This document shows, in pieces, positions 37,058 through 46,577 of a stretch of 64,000 nt of DNA. The stretch covers positions 45,659 through 109,658 of the forward strand of contig JBFMGV010000092.1 of the NCBI GenBank assembly GCA_040752615.1, read 5' to 3'. Positions within the stretch are counted from its first letter, which is position 1. Each line of letters begins with the position of its first letter. The position numbers were made by a program, and so were the translations under genes. The notes beneath the pieces are model-generated. The model searched no databases, was not told the DNA's origin, and was given only the letters and a program-made list of their open reading frames with translations. This DNA is from Pseudomonadota bacterium (GTDB lineage Bacteria; Pseudomonadota; Alphaproteobacteria; Caulobacterales; Caulobacteraceae).

Positions 37058-38605
37058 ATGGCGTCGCGTCGTTGGAGTTTCTGGACGAAGGTCCTGCTGC
37101 TGGCGGCGGTGGTCGCCGCCGCGGACGGCCTGATCTTCATGGCGACCGGGCTGGGGGCGAACCTCGGCCTGGTGGGGCTGGCCTGGGCAGCGGCGCTGGC
37201 GCTGGCGGTCCCGGCGGTCCGCCATGACCGGCTGGGAAGGATCGCCCTCGGTTTCGCCATCCTCTTCGCCCTGCTGCAGATCGAGCGGGCGACGCTCGTC
37301 GGCTGGGTGCTGTTCCTGATCGCGATCGGCGTCGCGGCCCTGGCGCCGCGCGCGCCGGCGGCCGACGACGCCTGGCGCTGGTTTCAGCGCTTCGTGGTGG
37401 GGGGCGTGAAAGGCCTGATCGGGCCGGTACGCGATGCGCGGCGGGTGTTGCGGGCGCGAGGCCGCACCCGCACGCGAAAGCTGATCGACCTGGTACTGGT
37501 GCTGGCGCTGCCCGTGCTGGGGGGCGGCCTGTTCCTGGGTCTGTTCGCCCAGGCCAATCCGGTGATCGAGCGGACGCTGGATACGCTGCGGCTGCCCGAG
37601 GCCGACATCGGGCGCATCGCGTTCTGGGCGGGTGTCGCGGTGGTCGGCTGGACGGCGCTGCGACCGGGCGGCCTGCGTCGGCCGCTGGCGTTGCCGGGAC
37701 TGGACCGCGAGCTGACCCTGCCCGGGGTGACGACCGCCTCGATCACCCTGTCGCTGGCGGTCTTCAACGCGATCTTCGCCGTGCAGAACGGACTGGACGT
37801 CGCGTACCTCTGGGGCGGCCTGGGCCTGCCGGAGGGCACGACCTTCGCCGAGTACGCGCATCGCGGGGCCTATCCCCTGATCGCCACCGCGCTGCTGGCC
37901 GGACTGTTCGTGCTGGTGTTCCTGCGGCCCGGGTCGGCCACGGCGAGCGACCGGCGGGTGCGCTGGCTGGTGACGGCCTGGGTGGCGCAGAACCTCTTCC
38001 TCGTGGCCTCCACGGCGCTGCGCACGCTGGACTATGTCGAGGCCTATTCGCTGACCCGGATGCGGATCGCGGCGCTGCTCTGGATGGGGCTGGTGGCGAT
38101 GGGCCTGGCGCTGATCCTCTGGCGGCTGCTGAGAGGGCGGAGCGCGGCGTGGCTCATCAACGCTAACGCCCTGGCGGCGGGTCTCGTCCTGGCGTTCTGC
38201 AGCGTCGCCGATCTCGGCGCGATCGCCGCGGACTGGAACGTCCGCCACGCGCGCGAGGTGGGCGGCAAGGGTGTCGAGCTCGACCTCTGCTACATGCGCT
38301 ATGAACTGGGTGGCGCATCGCTCGTGCCGCTGGCGCGACTGGAGGCCTCGCTGCCTTCATCCGGGTTCCGGGATCGGGTCAGCTTCGTGCGCCAGGGCGT
38401 GGAGGCGCGGGTGACCGGCTGGCAGTCCGACTGGCGCGAGTGGCGCTGGCGCGACGCCCGGCGGCTGCGGGAGGCCGCGCGGATCACCGGGCCCACCCCG
38501 CCGCTCCTGCACGAACGGCGCGGATGCGACGGTCGGACAACCCCGCCGTCACTCCGGACGCCGCTGATCGCGCCCCAGCCGTTGACCCCCAACCCGAAGC
38601 CCTGA
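37058..38605 (+). CDS. Polytopic inner-membrane protein, DUF4153/DUF4173-like
   Basis: 515 aa, about 10 or more hydrophobic helices, and a Pro-rich tail. The family assignment is from memory of the sequence style, not from a search. The stop is 2 nt before the response-regulator ATG. Confidence 0.65.
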   Translation: MASRRWSFWTKVLLLAAVVAAADGLIFMATGLGANLGLVGLAWAAALALAVPAVRHDRLGRIALGFAILFALLQIERATLVGWVLFLIAIGVAALAPRAPAADDAWRWFQRFVVGGVKGLIGPVRDARRVLRARGRTRTRKLIDLVLVLALPVLGGGLFLGLFAQANPVIERTLDTLRLPEADIGRIAFWAGVAVVGWTALRPGGLRRPLALPGLDRELTLPGVTTASITLSLAVFNAIFAVQNGLDVAYLWGGLGLPEGTTFAEYAHRGAYPLIATALLAGLFVLVFLRPGSATASDRRVRWLVTAWVAQNLFLVASTALRTLDYVEAYSLTRMRIAALLWMGLVAMGLALILWRLLRGRSAAWLINANALAAGLVLAFCSVADLGAIAADWNVRHAREVGGKGVELDLCYMRYELGGASLVPLARLEASLPSSGFRDRVSFVRQGVEARVTGWQSDWREWRWRDARRLREAARITGPTPPLLHERRGCDGRTTPPSLRTPLIAPQPLTPNPKP

Positions 38606-38607
38606 AC

Positions 38608-39315
38608 ATGAGCCGCATGCCGAACGTCCTGGTCGTCGACGACGATCCCCATATCCGCCAGCTCCTGGTCTTCGCGCTCGAGAAGGCCGGCCTGTCCGCC
38701 CGCGAGGCCGAGGACGGCGAGGCCGCCCTGGCCCAGGTCGCGACCGCCGCGCCGGACCTGGTGATCCTCGACATCAACATGCCCAAGCTGGACGGTCTGG
38801 AGGTCTGCCGCCGCATCCGGGCGCAGGGGGAGCTGCCGATCCTGTTCCTGTCGTCGCGCGACGACGAGATCGACCGGGTGCTGGGCATCGAACTGGGCGG
38901 CGACGACTATGTGGTGAAGCCGTTCAGTCCGCGCGAGGTGGTGGCGCGGGTGCAGGCGATCCTGCGGCGGGCCCGGCACGCCCAGCCGGCGGCGGTGGCC
39001 GCGCCGCTGGCCCGTGGCCGCCTCAGCCTGGACGGCGAGAGCTGGGCCGCGTCGTGGGACGGCGCCGAGGTGGCGCTGACCGTGACCGAGTTCGAGATCC
39101 TGAAGATCCTGATCGGCGCGCCGGCCCGGGTGTTCACCCGCGACGCGATCATCGACCGGCTGCACGGCCCAGGCTTCGCCATCACGGACCGCACCATCGA
39201 CAGCCATGTGCGGAACCTGCGCGCCAAGTTCGCGAACGTGGGCGGGCATGACGTGGTCGAGACCCGCGCCGGGGTCGGCTATCGCATGGGCCCCTGCCAG
39301 GGCGGGGCGGCTTGA
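38608..39315 (+). CDS. OmpR-family response regulator
   Basis: Receiver 'VLVVDDD...DLVILDINMPKLDG' and winged helix '...VETRAGVGYRM'. ATG at 38608. The track start at 38440 is an extension. Confidence 0.9.
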   Translation: MSRMPNVLVVDDDPHIRQLLVFALEKAGLSAREAEDGEAALAQVATAAPDLVILDINMPKLDGLEVCRRIRAQGELPILFLSSRDDEIDRVLGIELGGDDYVVKPFSPREVVARVQAILRRARHAQPAAVAAPLARGRLSLDGESWAASWDGAEVALTVTEFEILKILIGAPARVFTRDAIIDRLHGPGFAITDRTIDSHVRNLRAKFANVGGHDVVETRAGVGYRMGPCQGGAA

Positions 39316-40895
39316 TCGAGGCGTTCAAGGACTGGGTCGGCCGCTGGTGGCCGCCGCTGCGACTGCGGGTGATCCTGTTCGGGGTGCTGCTGTTCGCCGC
39401 CGCCATGCCGCTGATCGGGATGATCTCGCTCAGGGTCTATGAGAACACGCTGGTGCGGCAGACCGAGGCCGAGCTGGTGGCCCAGGGGGCCGCGCTGACC
39501 TCGGTGGCCGCGGCGGCCTGGCCCGGGGCGCGGGCGCTGCCGCCCCGGCCCAAGGACCCGCCGCCGGGCTACTTCACGCCGCAGTTCACGAACATCGACC
39601 TCAGCCGGGACCCGGTGCTGCCCGAGCGGCCGCCGGCGCGTCGGACGGCGGTGAAGGCCGACCCGCAGGCGGTGACCGTCGCGCGGATCATGGCGCCGAT
39701 CGTCGAGGGCACGCTGCGCACCACCCTGGCGTCTGTGGCGATGATGGACGAGCGCGGGGTCATCGTGCTGGGCGCCTACCTCGGCGGATCGCAGGCCAAC
39801 CTGCCGGAGGTGCGGTCGGCGCTGGCGGGCCGTTCGAAGATGGTGCTGCGGGTGAACGGCGACATCTCGCCCCGCTATCGGTTCGAGTGGCTGTCCAAGG
39901 CCTCGACCATCCGGCTGCACTACGCGCGCCCGATCGTGGTGGAGGGCAAGGTGAGGGGGGTGATGCTGTTCTCGCGCTCGCCCCGCGCCCTGTTCCGCGG
40001 GCTGTACGAGGACCGTGGCAAGTTCCTGCTGGCCGTGGGGGTGATCTTCGGCGTGCTGGTGCTGATGGCCGGGCTGGTCGGTCGCGGCGTGACCGGGCCG
40101 ATCGAGAAGCTGTCGGCGGCGGCGCGGCAGGTGGCGGCGGGGGGCGGCACGATCCCGCGAACCCCACGCACGGCGGCGCTCGAGATCCGCAACCTCTACG
40201 AGGACTTCGGCGCCATGGCCGAGCGGATCGAGCGGCGGTCGGCCTATCTGCGCGACTTCGCCGCCGCCGTGAGCCATGAGTTCAAGACGCCCCTGACCGG
40301 CATCCGCGGCGCGGTCGAACTGCTGCAGGACCATTTCGAGACCATGTCGCCCGACGAGCGGCGGCGGTTCCTGGACAACATCGGCGGCGACACCGAGCGG
40401 CTGTCACAGCTGGTGGGCCGGCTTCTGGACCTGGCGCGGGCCGACATGGCGACGCCCGAGGCCGGGGCGGCGACCGATCTCGCCGAGCCGCTGCGGCGCG
40501 CGGCCGACGCCCAGGCGCGGGCCGGGTTCGAGGTGAGCGTCGACACCTCGCGCGACCTGCCGCGCGTGGCGGTTCCCGCGCACACGCTGGAGAGCGTGCT
40601 CGACATCCTGCTCCAGAACGCGCGGCAGGCGGGCGCCACGCGGGCGTGGGTCCGCGCCGAACCGGCGGTGGGCGGGATCCGGATCCTGGTCGAGGACGAC
40701 GGCCCGGGCGTGCCGGCCGCCGACCGGGAGCGGTTGTTCGAGCCCTTCTTCACCAGTCGCCGCGTCGAGGGCGGGACCGGCCTCGGCCTGCCGATCGCCC
40801 GCTCGCTGCTGGCGGCCAGCCACGCCGACATCGCGCTGGTGGAGGCCGCGCGCGGCGCGGCCTTCGTGCTCAGCCTGCCGACGAGCGAGGTCTAG
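39312..40895 (+). CDS. Sensor histidine kinase (periplasmic domain, HAMP, HisKA, HATPase_c)
   Basis: H-box 'SHEFKTPLTGIRG', 'DDGPGV' and 'GTGLGLPIA'. The TTG start overlaps the response-regulator stop (TTGA). Confidence 0.88.
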   Translation: MIEAFKDWVGRWWPPLRLRVILFGVLLFAAAMPLIGMISLRVYENTLVRQTEAELVAQGAALTSVAAAAWPGARALPPRPKDPPPGYFTPQFTNIDLSRDPVLPERPPARRTAVKADPQAVTVARIMAPIVEGTLRTTLASVAMMDERGVIVLGAYLGGSQANLPEVRSALAGRSKMVLRVNGDISPRYRFEWLSKASTIRLHYARPIVVEGKVRGVMLFSRSPRALFRGLYEDRGKFLLAVGVIFGVLVLMAGLVGRGVTGPIEKLSAAARQVAAGGGTIPRTPRTAALEIRNLYEDFGAMAERIERRSAYLRDFAAAVSHEFKTPLTGIRGAVELLQDHFETMSPDERRRFLDNIGGDTERLSQLVGRLLDLARADMATPEAGAATDLAEPLRRAADAQARAGFEVSVDTSRDLPRVAVPAHTLESVLDILLQNARQAGATRAWVRAEPAVGGIRILVEDDGPGVPAADRERLFEPFFTSRRVEGGTGLGLPIARSLLAASHADIALVEAARGAAFVLSLPTSEV

Positions 40896-40961
40896 GGTCT
40901 GCACAGCTTCTCCACGCCGAGCCGCGCATGGGATGCACGGCGACGGGCCAGGGTGGCGCGC

Positions 40962-41165
40962 ATGGACGAGCCTCAACTCCCCACGCCCGGCGGCTACGAT
41001 CTCTCCCTCATCGACGCCGGGGAGGCCTGGTCCTGGCGGCTGACCACCCCTGAAGGGACTGCGCTGGCGGGACACGCCCCTAACCGCGTCAGCGCCCGGC
41101 GGTCAGCCGCCATCGTGGCGGTGCTGGCCGATGCGCTGACGCGGGTCCGGAGCCGGGACCTCTAG
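40962..41165 (+). CDS. Small hypothetical protein (67 aa; possibly DUF1508/YegP-like)
   Basis: GC3-rich ORF. 'WSWRLTTPEGTALAGHAPNRVSARRSAAIV' loosely resembles a single YegP repeat. An alternative GTG start is at 40953. The stop overlaps the convergent PEP-CTERM gene stop in a CTAG. Confidence 0.35.
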   Translation: MDEPQLPTPGGYDLSLIDAGEAWSWRLTTPEGTALAGHAPNRVSARRSAAIVAVLADALTRVRSRDL

Positions 41166-41809
41166 GCGAGGACCGGCCCGCGGCGGCGCAACATGCCGCC
41201 GGCGCCCATGAAGCCCAGGATCATGAGGCCCCAGGTCGCCGGCTCGGGCGCGGCCGAGGTGGCGATGGGCGTGCCGCTGACCACCACATTGTCGAACAGC
41301 GCGCCCGCGCCTGCCAGGCCGCCGTCACTCGCGAACTGGATGCGCAGGGTCGCGACCTTGCCGACGAACGGCTGCAGGTTGAAGACGGCGCGGCCGGCGT
41401 TGTTGCCGGAGACGCCCGCGCCGTACAGCGCGCCGACGTTCTTGTTGTAGATCGCCGGCGAGCCCGGATAGGGCGTGCCGTTGAAGGTTGCGCCGGCCTC
41501 GGCGACCAGCAGGTTCCAGCCGTCCCAGCCGCTCTCGGAGGACTGGGTCCAGTCGAAGCTGAAGAGGGCGTCGGTGACGCCGGTGAGATCGACGGTCAGG
41601 TCGTAGAACGAGCGCTCGTTGTTGGCGTAGAAGCCGGCCGTGTGGCCCATCTTGCCGTTGCCGACCCCGAAGTTGCCGGTGAGCTTCTCATTGGCCTTCA
41701 GGCCGCCGGAGAAGTCCTGCTGGAAGATGATGGTGGCGTGCGCCGGCGCCGACGCGATGGTCGCGGCGGCCAGGGCGCCGAGCGCCAGGGTGGTGAATCT
41801 GGGGAACAT
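41162..41809 (-). CDS. PEP-CTERM sorting-domain secreted protein
   Basis: Signal peptide 'ASAPAHA' and a beta-rich domain. The C-terminus 'PEPATWGLMILGFMGAGGMLRRR' has the PEP motif, a TM helix and an Arg cluster. The ATG at 41809 is preceded by AAGGAG. Confidence 0.75.
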   Translation of the reverse strand: MFPRFTTLALGALAAATIASAPAHATIIFQQDFSGGLKANEKLTGNFGVGNGKMGHTAGFYANNERSFYDLTVDLTGVTDALFSFDWTQSSESGWDGWNLLVAEAGATFNGTPYPGSPAIYNKNVGALYGAGVSGNNAGRAVFNLQPFVGKVATLRIQFASDGGLAGAGALFDNVVVSGTPIATSAAPEPATWGLMILGFMGAGGMLRRRGPVLA

Positions 41810-41918
41810 GGGGAACTCCTTATGTACGCGTGGTCGCGACACGCGCCTTGGGGAGTCCCGCCCGCGGCTGTCATGGGGGCGTCGACAGGTCGACGGAGTT
41901 GTCGACGAAACCGGACGT

Positions 41919-42296
41919 TCAGGCGGCCAAGCTCACATAGAGCTCGTTCTCGATCACCCATTGGCCGGTGACCTTGCGCCAGGTGGCGAGGTAGGCGCCG
42001 GTCATGGTGCGGTCGGCCCACGAACCCGTCCAGCGGCCGCGCTCCGCCGCGCGCAGGCCGTCCGTATCGACCGCCACGTCCTCGGTTTCGCGCAGGTAGG
42101 TCCGGAACCCCGGCTCGGCGAACTGGGCCGCGAATGCGGACAGCACGTCTTCGACGCCGAGGATCAGGCTGCCGTCCCCGACGATCAGCTTCACGTCCGC
42201 GGCAAAGAAAGGGCGCAGGCGGGCGGCCTCGTGCGCCGCGATCAGCTTGTTGGTCAGCTTGCGGCGGGCGCGGATGGCGTCGTCGTGTGTGGGCAT
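41919..42296 (-). CDS. SnoaL/NTF2-like (DUF4440-type) small protein
   Basis: 125 aa. Its length and the 'GRWTGSW...YLATWRKVTGQWVIENE' C-terminal pattern are typical of the NTF2-like fold. Confidence 0.6.
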   Translation of the reverse strand: MPTHDDAIRARRKLTNKLIAAHEAARLRPFFAADVKLIVGDGSLILGVEDVLSAFAAQFAEPGFRTYLRETEDVAVDTDGLRAAERGRWTGSWADRTMTGAYLATWRKVTGQWVIENELYVSLAA

Positions 42297-42445
42297 GTCG
42301 CCATCCCTAGCGCCGTCGTCCCGGTTTCGCGAGGCGCCAGCCCGGCCGTGCTGGCCTGGAGCGTCCGGGAATCGAAACGGCGCCGCCCGGGTGGGGCGAC
42401 GCCGCTGATGTCGAAGGTCCCGGTCGAAGCCGGGGGCGTCTCCCT

Positions 42446-43096
42446 CTAGGCGGGATTGGCCGCCAGACGCTTGTCGAGATAGGTCCCGACCCGGTTCTCG
42501 ACCTCGGGAAGGTTCTCCATCCAGAAGTGGCTGGCGCCGTCGACCACGTCGTAGTCGATGACGATGCCCTTCTGGGTGCGCAGCTTGGAGACGACCCGTT
42601 CCACGTCGATCGGCGGGACCACGGTGTCGGAGCCGCCGTGCAGGATCAGGCCGGACGCCGGGCAGGGCGCCAGGAACGAGAAGTCATAGGCGTTGGTCGG
42701 CGGCGAGACCGAGATGAAGCCGTCGGTTTCCGGACGGCGCATCAGGAGCTGCATGCCGACCCAGGCGCCGAAGGAATAGCCGGCGACCCAGCATTGGCTG
42801 GCGGCGGGATTGGTGCTCTGCAGCCAGTCCAGCGCGGTGGCCGCGTCGGCGAGCTCGCCGATGCCGCCGTCGAATTCGCCCTGGCTGCGGCCGACGCCGC
42901 GGAAGTTGAAGCGCAGGACCGAGAAGCCCCGCTTCATGAACAGGTGGAAGAGCTGAACCGCCACGGGGTTGTTCATCTGACCCCCGGCCTTCGGGTGCGG
43001 GTGCAGGATCAGAGCGACCGGCGCGGTCTCGCTCTTGCCCTGGGAGTAGCGCCCCTCGATCCGCCCGGCGGCGCCGGTCAGAACAATCTCTGGCAT
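42446..43096 (-). CDS. Alpha/beta hydrolase (short, ~216 aa)
   Basis: 'AGYSFGAW' nucleophile elbow and 'HGGSDTVV'. Confidence 0.8.
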   Translation of the reverse strand: MPEIVLTGAAGRIEGRYSQGKSETAPVALILHPHPKAGGQMNNPVAVQLFHLFMKRGFSVLRFNFRGVGRSQGEFDGGIGELADAATALDWLQSTNPAASQCWVAGYSFGAWVGMQLLMRRPETDGFISVSPPTNAYDFSFLAPCPASGLILHGGSDTVVPPIDVERVVSKLRTQKGIVIDYDVVDGASHFWMENLPEVENRVGTYLDKRLAANPA

Positions 43097-43119
43097 TCGA
43101 CCCTCTTCCTTGGCCTAGA

Positions 43120-43144
43120 ATACTTGACTGTTTTAGTCGGTCTT
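43120..43144. promoter_or_regulatory. IscR type-1-like operator ATACTTGACTGTTTTAGTCGGTCTT
   Basis: It matches 22 of 25 positions of the E. coli IscR type-1 consensus as I recall it (ATASYYGACTRWWWYAGTCRRSTAT). It lies about 100 nt upstream of the Rrf2 gene that heads the suf operon. Confidence 0.5.
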
Positions 43145-43244
43145 CCTAAGTCGCAGCCATCCGGCGCGACCCCGCTTCGAGCGAGGCGGGGCTAATAACA
43201 TAGGCCGCCCCGGATGCGCGCGAAAACTGCATCGGGCCGAATCC

Positions 43245-43679
43245 ATGCGTCTCTCCACGAAAGGCCGATATGCCGTGATGGCGATGGCCGATCTCGCGCG
43301 CCGCGAAGGCGAGGCCAGCCGCGCCGTGGCGCTGGCGGACATCGCCGCGCGGCAGGAGATTTCGCTGTCCTATCTGGAGCAGCTCTTCGCGCGCCTGCGC
43401 CGCAAGGGGCTGGTGAAGAGCGCGCGGGGGCCGGGGGGCGGCTATCGGCTGGCCCGGACCGCCGAGGCCACCACGATCGCCGAGATCGTCCATGCCGTGG
43501 ACGAGCCGCTGCGCGCGACGCGTTGCCAAGCCTCCAAGGGCTGCATGATGAAGGGCGAGAAGTGCCTGACGCACGACCTGTGGGCCGACCTGGGCGCGCA
43601 GATCGAGGGCTATCTGAACTCCGTCAGCCTGGCCGATGTGATCGGCGGGCGGCTGCGGGAGCGGCGCGTGGCGGCATGA
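43245..43679 (+). CDS. Rrf2-family (IscR-like) transcriptional regulator
   Basis: 'MRLSTKGRYAVMAMADLA', wHTH 'ISLSYLEQLFARLRRKGLV', and a three-Cys cluster 'CQASKGCMMKGEKC'. Confidence 0.88.
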   Translation: MRLSTKGRYAVMAMADLARREGEASRAVALADIAARQEISLSYLEQLFARLRRKGLVKSARGPGGGYRLARTAEATTIAEIVHAVDEPLRATRCQASKGCMMKGEKCLTHDLWADLGAQIEGYLNSVSLADVIGGRLRERRVAA

Positions 43680-44800
43680 GCGGCGTCTACCTGGATCACA
43701 ACGCCACCAGCCGTGTTCGCCCCGAGGCGATCGCGGCGGTGACGCGCGCGCTGGAGACGGTGGGCAATCCCTCGTCGGTGCATGCCGCCGGGCGCGCGGC
43801 GCGGGCGCTGATGGAACAGGCGCGGGCCGACGTGGCCGCCCTGATCGCGGCGCCGCCGCAGACCGTGATCTTCACCGGCGGCGGCACCGAGGCCAACGCC
43901 CTGGCGATCCAGAGCGCGGTGGCCACAGGCTCGCGCCGGCTGATCGTTTCGGCCATCGAGCACGACAGCGTGCTGGAGGCGGCGAAGGCCTCGGACGCGG
44001 CCGTGGAATACCTGCCCGTGGACGCCAACGGCGTCGCCGACCCCGGCTGGCTGCGCGATCGCCTGGCGGCTTGGGACGCGGACGATGGCCGGCCCTTCGT
44101 GGCGCTGATGCTGGCCAACAACGAGACGGGCGTCGTCCAGCCGGTGGCCGAGGCGGCCGAGCTGGTGCGGGCGGTGAACGGCTGGCTGCACGTCGACGCC
44201 ATCCAGGCCGCCGGGAAGATGCCGCTCGACAGCCGGGCGATCGGCGCCGACACGCTATCGGTCTCGGCGCACAAGATCGGCGGACCGATGGGCGTGGGCG
44301 CCCTGACCTTCGGCCCGCGCGCCACCATGGTCCGCGTCCAGCACGGCGGCGGGCAGGAGCGCGGCCGGCGTGCCGGAACCGAGAACATTCCTGGAATCAG
44401 TGGCTTCGGCGCGGCGGCTAAGGTCGCCGGAGCGGTCGGTGACGGCGCGTGGCGCGACGCCGCCGCGGGGCGGCTCAAGGCCGCCGGAGCCGTGGTGCTG
44501 GGCGAGGGCGAACCTCGCCTGCCGAATACCCTGTGCGTCGCCGTGTCCGGCTGGGACGCGGAACGCCAGGTGATGGCCCTGGACCTGGCCGGGGTGATGG
44601 TCAGCGCCGGATCGGCCTGCTCATCGGGCAAGGTGAAGGCCAGCCATGTGCTGACCGCCATGGGCCATGCCGATCTCGCCGCCTCGGCCATCCGCGTCAG
44701 CGGCGGCTGGGACACGACACAAGAAGACTGGAACCGCTTCGCCGACGCCTGGCTCGAAGCCCATGCGCGCCACGCCGCGCGCCGTAAGGAAGTCGCCTGA
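43676..44800 (+). CDS. Class I (NifS/IscS-like) cysteine desulfurase
   Basis: PLP-Lys 'SAHKIGGP' and catalytic loop 'SAGSACSSG'. The ATG overlaps the Rrf2 stop (ATGA). The stop overlaps the sufB ATG (TGATG). Confidence 0.88.
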   Translation: MSGVYLDHNATSRVRPEAIAAVTRALETVGNPSSVHAAGRAARALMEQARADVAALIAAPPQTVIFTGGGTEANALAIQSAVATGSRRLIVSAIEHDSVLEAAKASDAAVEYLPVDANGVADPGWLRDRLAAWDADDGRPFVALMLANNETGVVQPVAEAAELVRAVNGWLHVDAIQAAGKMPLDSRAIGADTLSVSAHKIGGPMGVGALTFGPRATMVRVQHGGGQERGRRAGTENIPGISGFGAAAKVAGAVGDGAWRDAAAGRLKAAGAVVLGEGEPRLPNTLCVAVSGWDAERQVMALDLAGVMVSAGSACSSGKVKASHVLTAMGHADLAASAIRVSGGWDTTQEDWNRFADAWLEAHARHAARRKEVA

Positions 44801-46269
44801 TGGCCGCCGTCAAACAGACCGTCGATCACGTCCAGTCGCTGGAGCGCTACAAGCACGGCTTCGTCACGGACATCGACCAGGAGTACGCGCCGAAGGGCCT
44901 CTCGGCCGACATCGTGCGCTTCATCTCGGCCAAGAAGGACGAGCCGGAGTGGATGCTGCAGTGGCGTCTCGAGGCCTTCGAGCGCTGGCTGGCGCTGGAG
45001 GAACCTGACTGGGCCAAGGTCAGCTTCCCGCGCATCGACTACCAGGACCTGCACTACTATGCAGCGCCGAAGACCAAGGAAGGGCCGAAGAGCCTGGACG
45101 AGGTCGATCCCGAGCTGCTGGAGACCTACAAGAAGCTGGGCATCCCGCTGAAGGAGCAGGAAGTCCTGGCGGGCGTGCAGGGCGCGCCGCGCTATGCCGT
45201 GGACGCGGTGTTCGACAGCGTCAGCGTGGTCACGACCTTCAAGAAGGAGCTGGCGGCGGTCGGCGTGATCTTCTGCTCCATGAGCGAGGCGATCCGCGAG
45301 CACCCGGAGCTGGTCCGGAAGTACCTCGGCACCGTGGTGCCGGTGAGCGACAACTACTTCGCCTGCCTGAACAGCGCGGTCTTCTCGGATGGCAGCTTCG
45401 TCTATGTGCCGCCGGGCGTGCGCTGCCCGATGGAGCTCAGCACCTATTTCCGGATCAACGCCGAGAATTCGGGCCAGTTCGAGCGGACCCTGATCATCGC
45501 CGACAAGGGCGCCTACGTCTCGTACCTGGAGGGCTGCACGGCGCCGCAACGCGACGAGAACCAGCTGCATGCCGCCGTGGTCGAGCTGGTCGCGCTGAAC
45601 GACGCCGAGATCAAGTACTCCACGGTCCAGAACTGGTATCCGGGCGATCCAGAGACGGGGAAGGGCGGCATCTACAACTTCGTCACCAAGCGGGCCGACT
45701 GCCGTGGCGACCGTTCGAAGGTGAGCTGGACCCAGGTGGAGACCGGCTCGTCGATCACCTGGAAGTACCCCTCGTGCGTGCTGCGCGGGAACGAGAGCTC
45801 GGGCGAGTTCTATTCCATCGCCATCACCAACGGCCGCCAGCAGGCGGACACCGGCACGAAGATGATCCACCTGGGGGCCAACACCCGCTCACGGATCATT
45901 TCCAAGGGGATCAGCGCGGGCAAGAGCACCAACACCTACCGGGGGCTGGTCTCGGCGCACCCGAAGGCGAAGGGCGCGCGCAACTTCACACAGTGCGACA
46001 GCCTGCTGATCGGCAAGTCGTGCGCGGCGCACACCGTGCCCTACATCGAGGCCCGCAACGGCCAGACGGTGTTCGAGCACGAGGCGACGACGACGCGGCT
46101 GTCAGAGGACCAGTTGTTCTACGCGATGCAGCGCGGCCTCAGCCAGGAGGAGGCGGTGCAGCTGCTGGTGAACGGCTTCGTGAAGGACGTGTTGCAGGAG
46201 CTTCCGATGGAGTTCGCCGTAGAGGCCCAGAAGCTGGTGGCGATCAGCCTCGAAGGGAGCGTCGGATGA
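44800..46269 (+). CDS. sufB: Fe-S cluster assembly scaffold SufB
   Basis: 489 aa with highly characteristic SufB sequence ('[11 protein letters not shown]', 'TWKYPS', '[15 protein letters not shown]'). Confidence 0.95.
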   Translation: MAAVKQTVDHVQSLERYKHGFVTDIDQEYAPKGLSADIVRFISAKKDEPEWMLQWRLEAFERWLALEEPDWAKVSFPRIDYQDLHYYAAPKTKEGPKSLDEVDPELLETYKKLGIPLKEQEVLAGVQGAPRYAVDAVFDSVSVVTTFKKELAAVGVIFCSMSEAIREHPELVRKYLGTVVPVSDNYFACLNSAVFSDGSFVYVPPGVRCPMELSTYFRINAENSGQFERTLIIADKGAYVSYLEGCTAPQRDENQLHAAVVELVALNDAEIKYSTVQNWYPGDPETGKGGIYNFVTKRADCRGDRSKVSWTQVETGSSITWKYPSCVLRGNESSGEFYSIAITNGRQQADTGTKMIHLGANTRSRIISKGISAGKSTNTYRGLVSAHPKAKGARNFTQCDSLLIGKSCAAHTVPYIEARNGQTVFEHEATTTRLSEDQLFYAMQRGLSQEEAVQLLVNGFVKDVLQELPMEFAVEAQKLVAISLEGSVG

Positions 46270-46577
46270 GCCGGCCCACCTATGAAGGCGAGCGGACGGC
46301 GGTGGACGCCCAGGGCGAGATGCTGCGCGAGTGGGACGGCGTGGTCCTGGTACGGGCGCTGCAGTGCACGGCGGCGGGCAACTGCGAGCCCATGCCCGTG
46401 GAAATCCCGGCGGGGACCCGGGCGATGGCCATGACGCTGCTCGATCCCGACAAGGGCCTCTTCGATCTCGAGTGCTACCTCGACGCCGCCGGCGAGTCCT
46501 ATGCCTACGCCCATGGCGTGGGGGCCGATGTCCGCGTGGTGGAGAAGGTCGAGGACAAGAAGGCGGTCGAGATATGA
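46266..46577 (+). CDS. Hypothetical protein (103 aa, three Cys) embedded in the suf operon
   Basis: The ATG overlaps the sufB stop (ATGA) and the stop overlaps the next ATG (ATGA). GC3 is strongly biased. I recognise no family. Confidence 0.6.
   Translation: MSRPTYEGERTAVDAQGEMLREWDGVVLVRALQCTAAGNCEPMPVEIPAGTRAMAMTLLDPDKGLFDLECYLDAAGESYAYAHGVGADVRVVEKVEDKKAVEI

Noticed and set aside
43696-45870. 724-aa minus-strand ORF, and similar long antisense ORFs at 32767-34992, 35097-37046, 37043-38248, 47699-48694 and 48604-49833
   Set aside because: All are shadows of well-supported plus-strand genes (nifS/sufB, anmK/M20, BVMO, the membrane protein, sufD, sufS).
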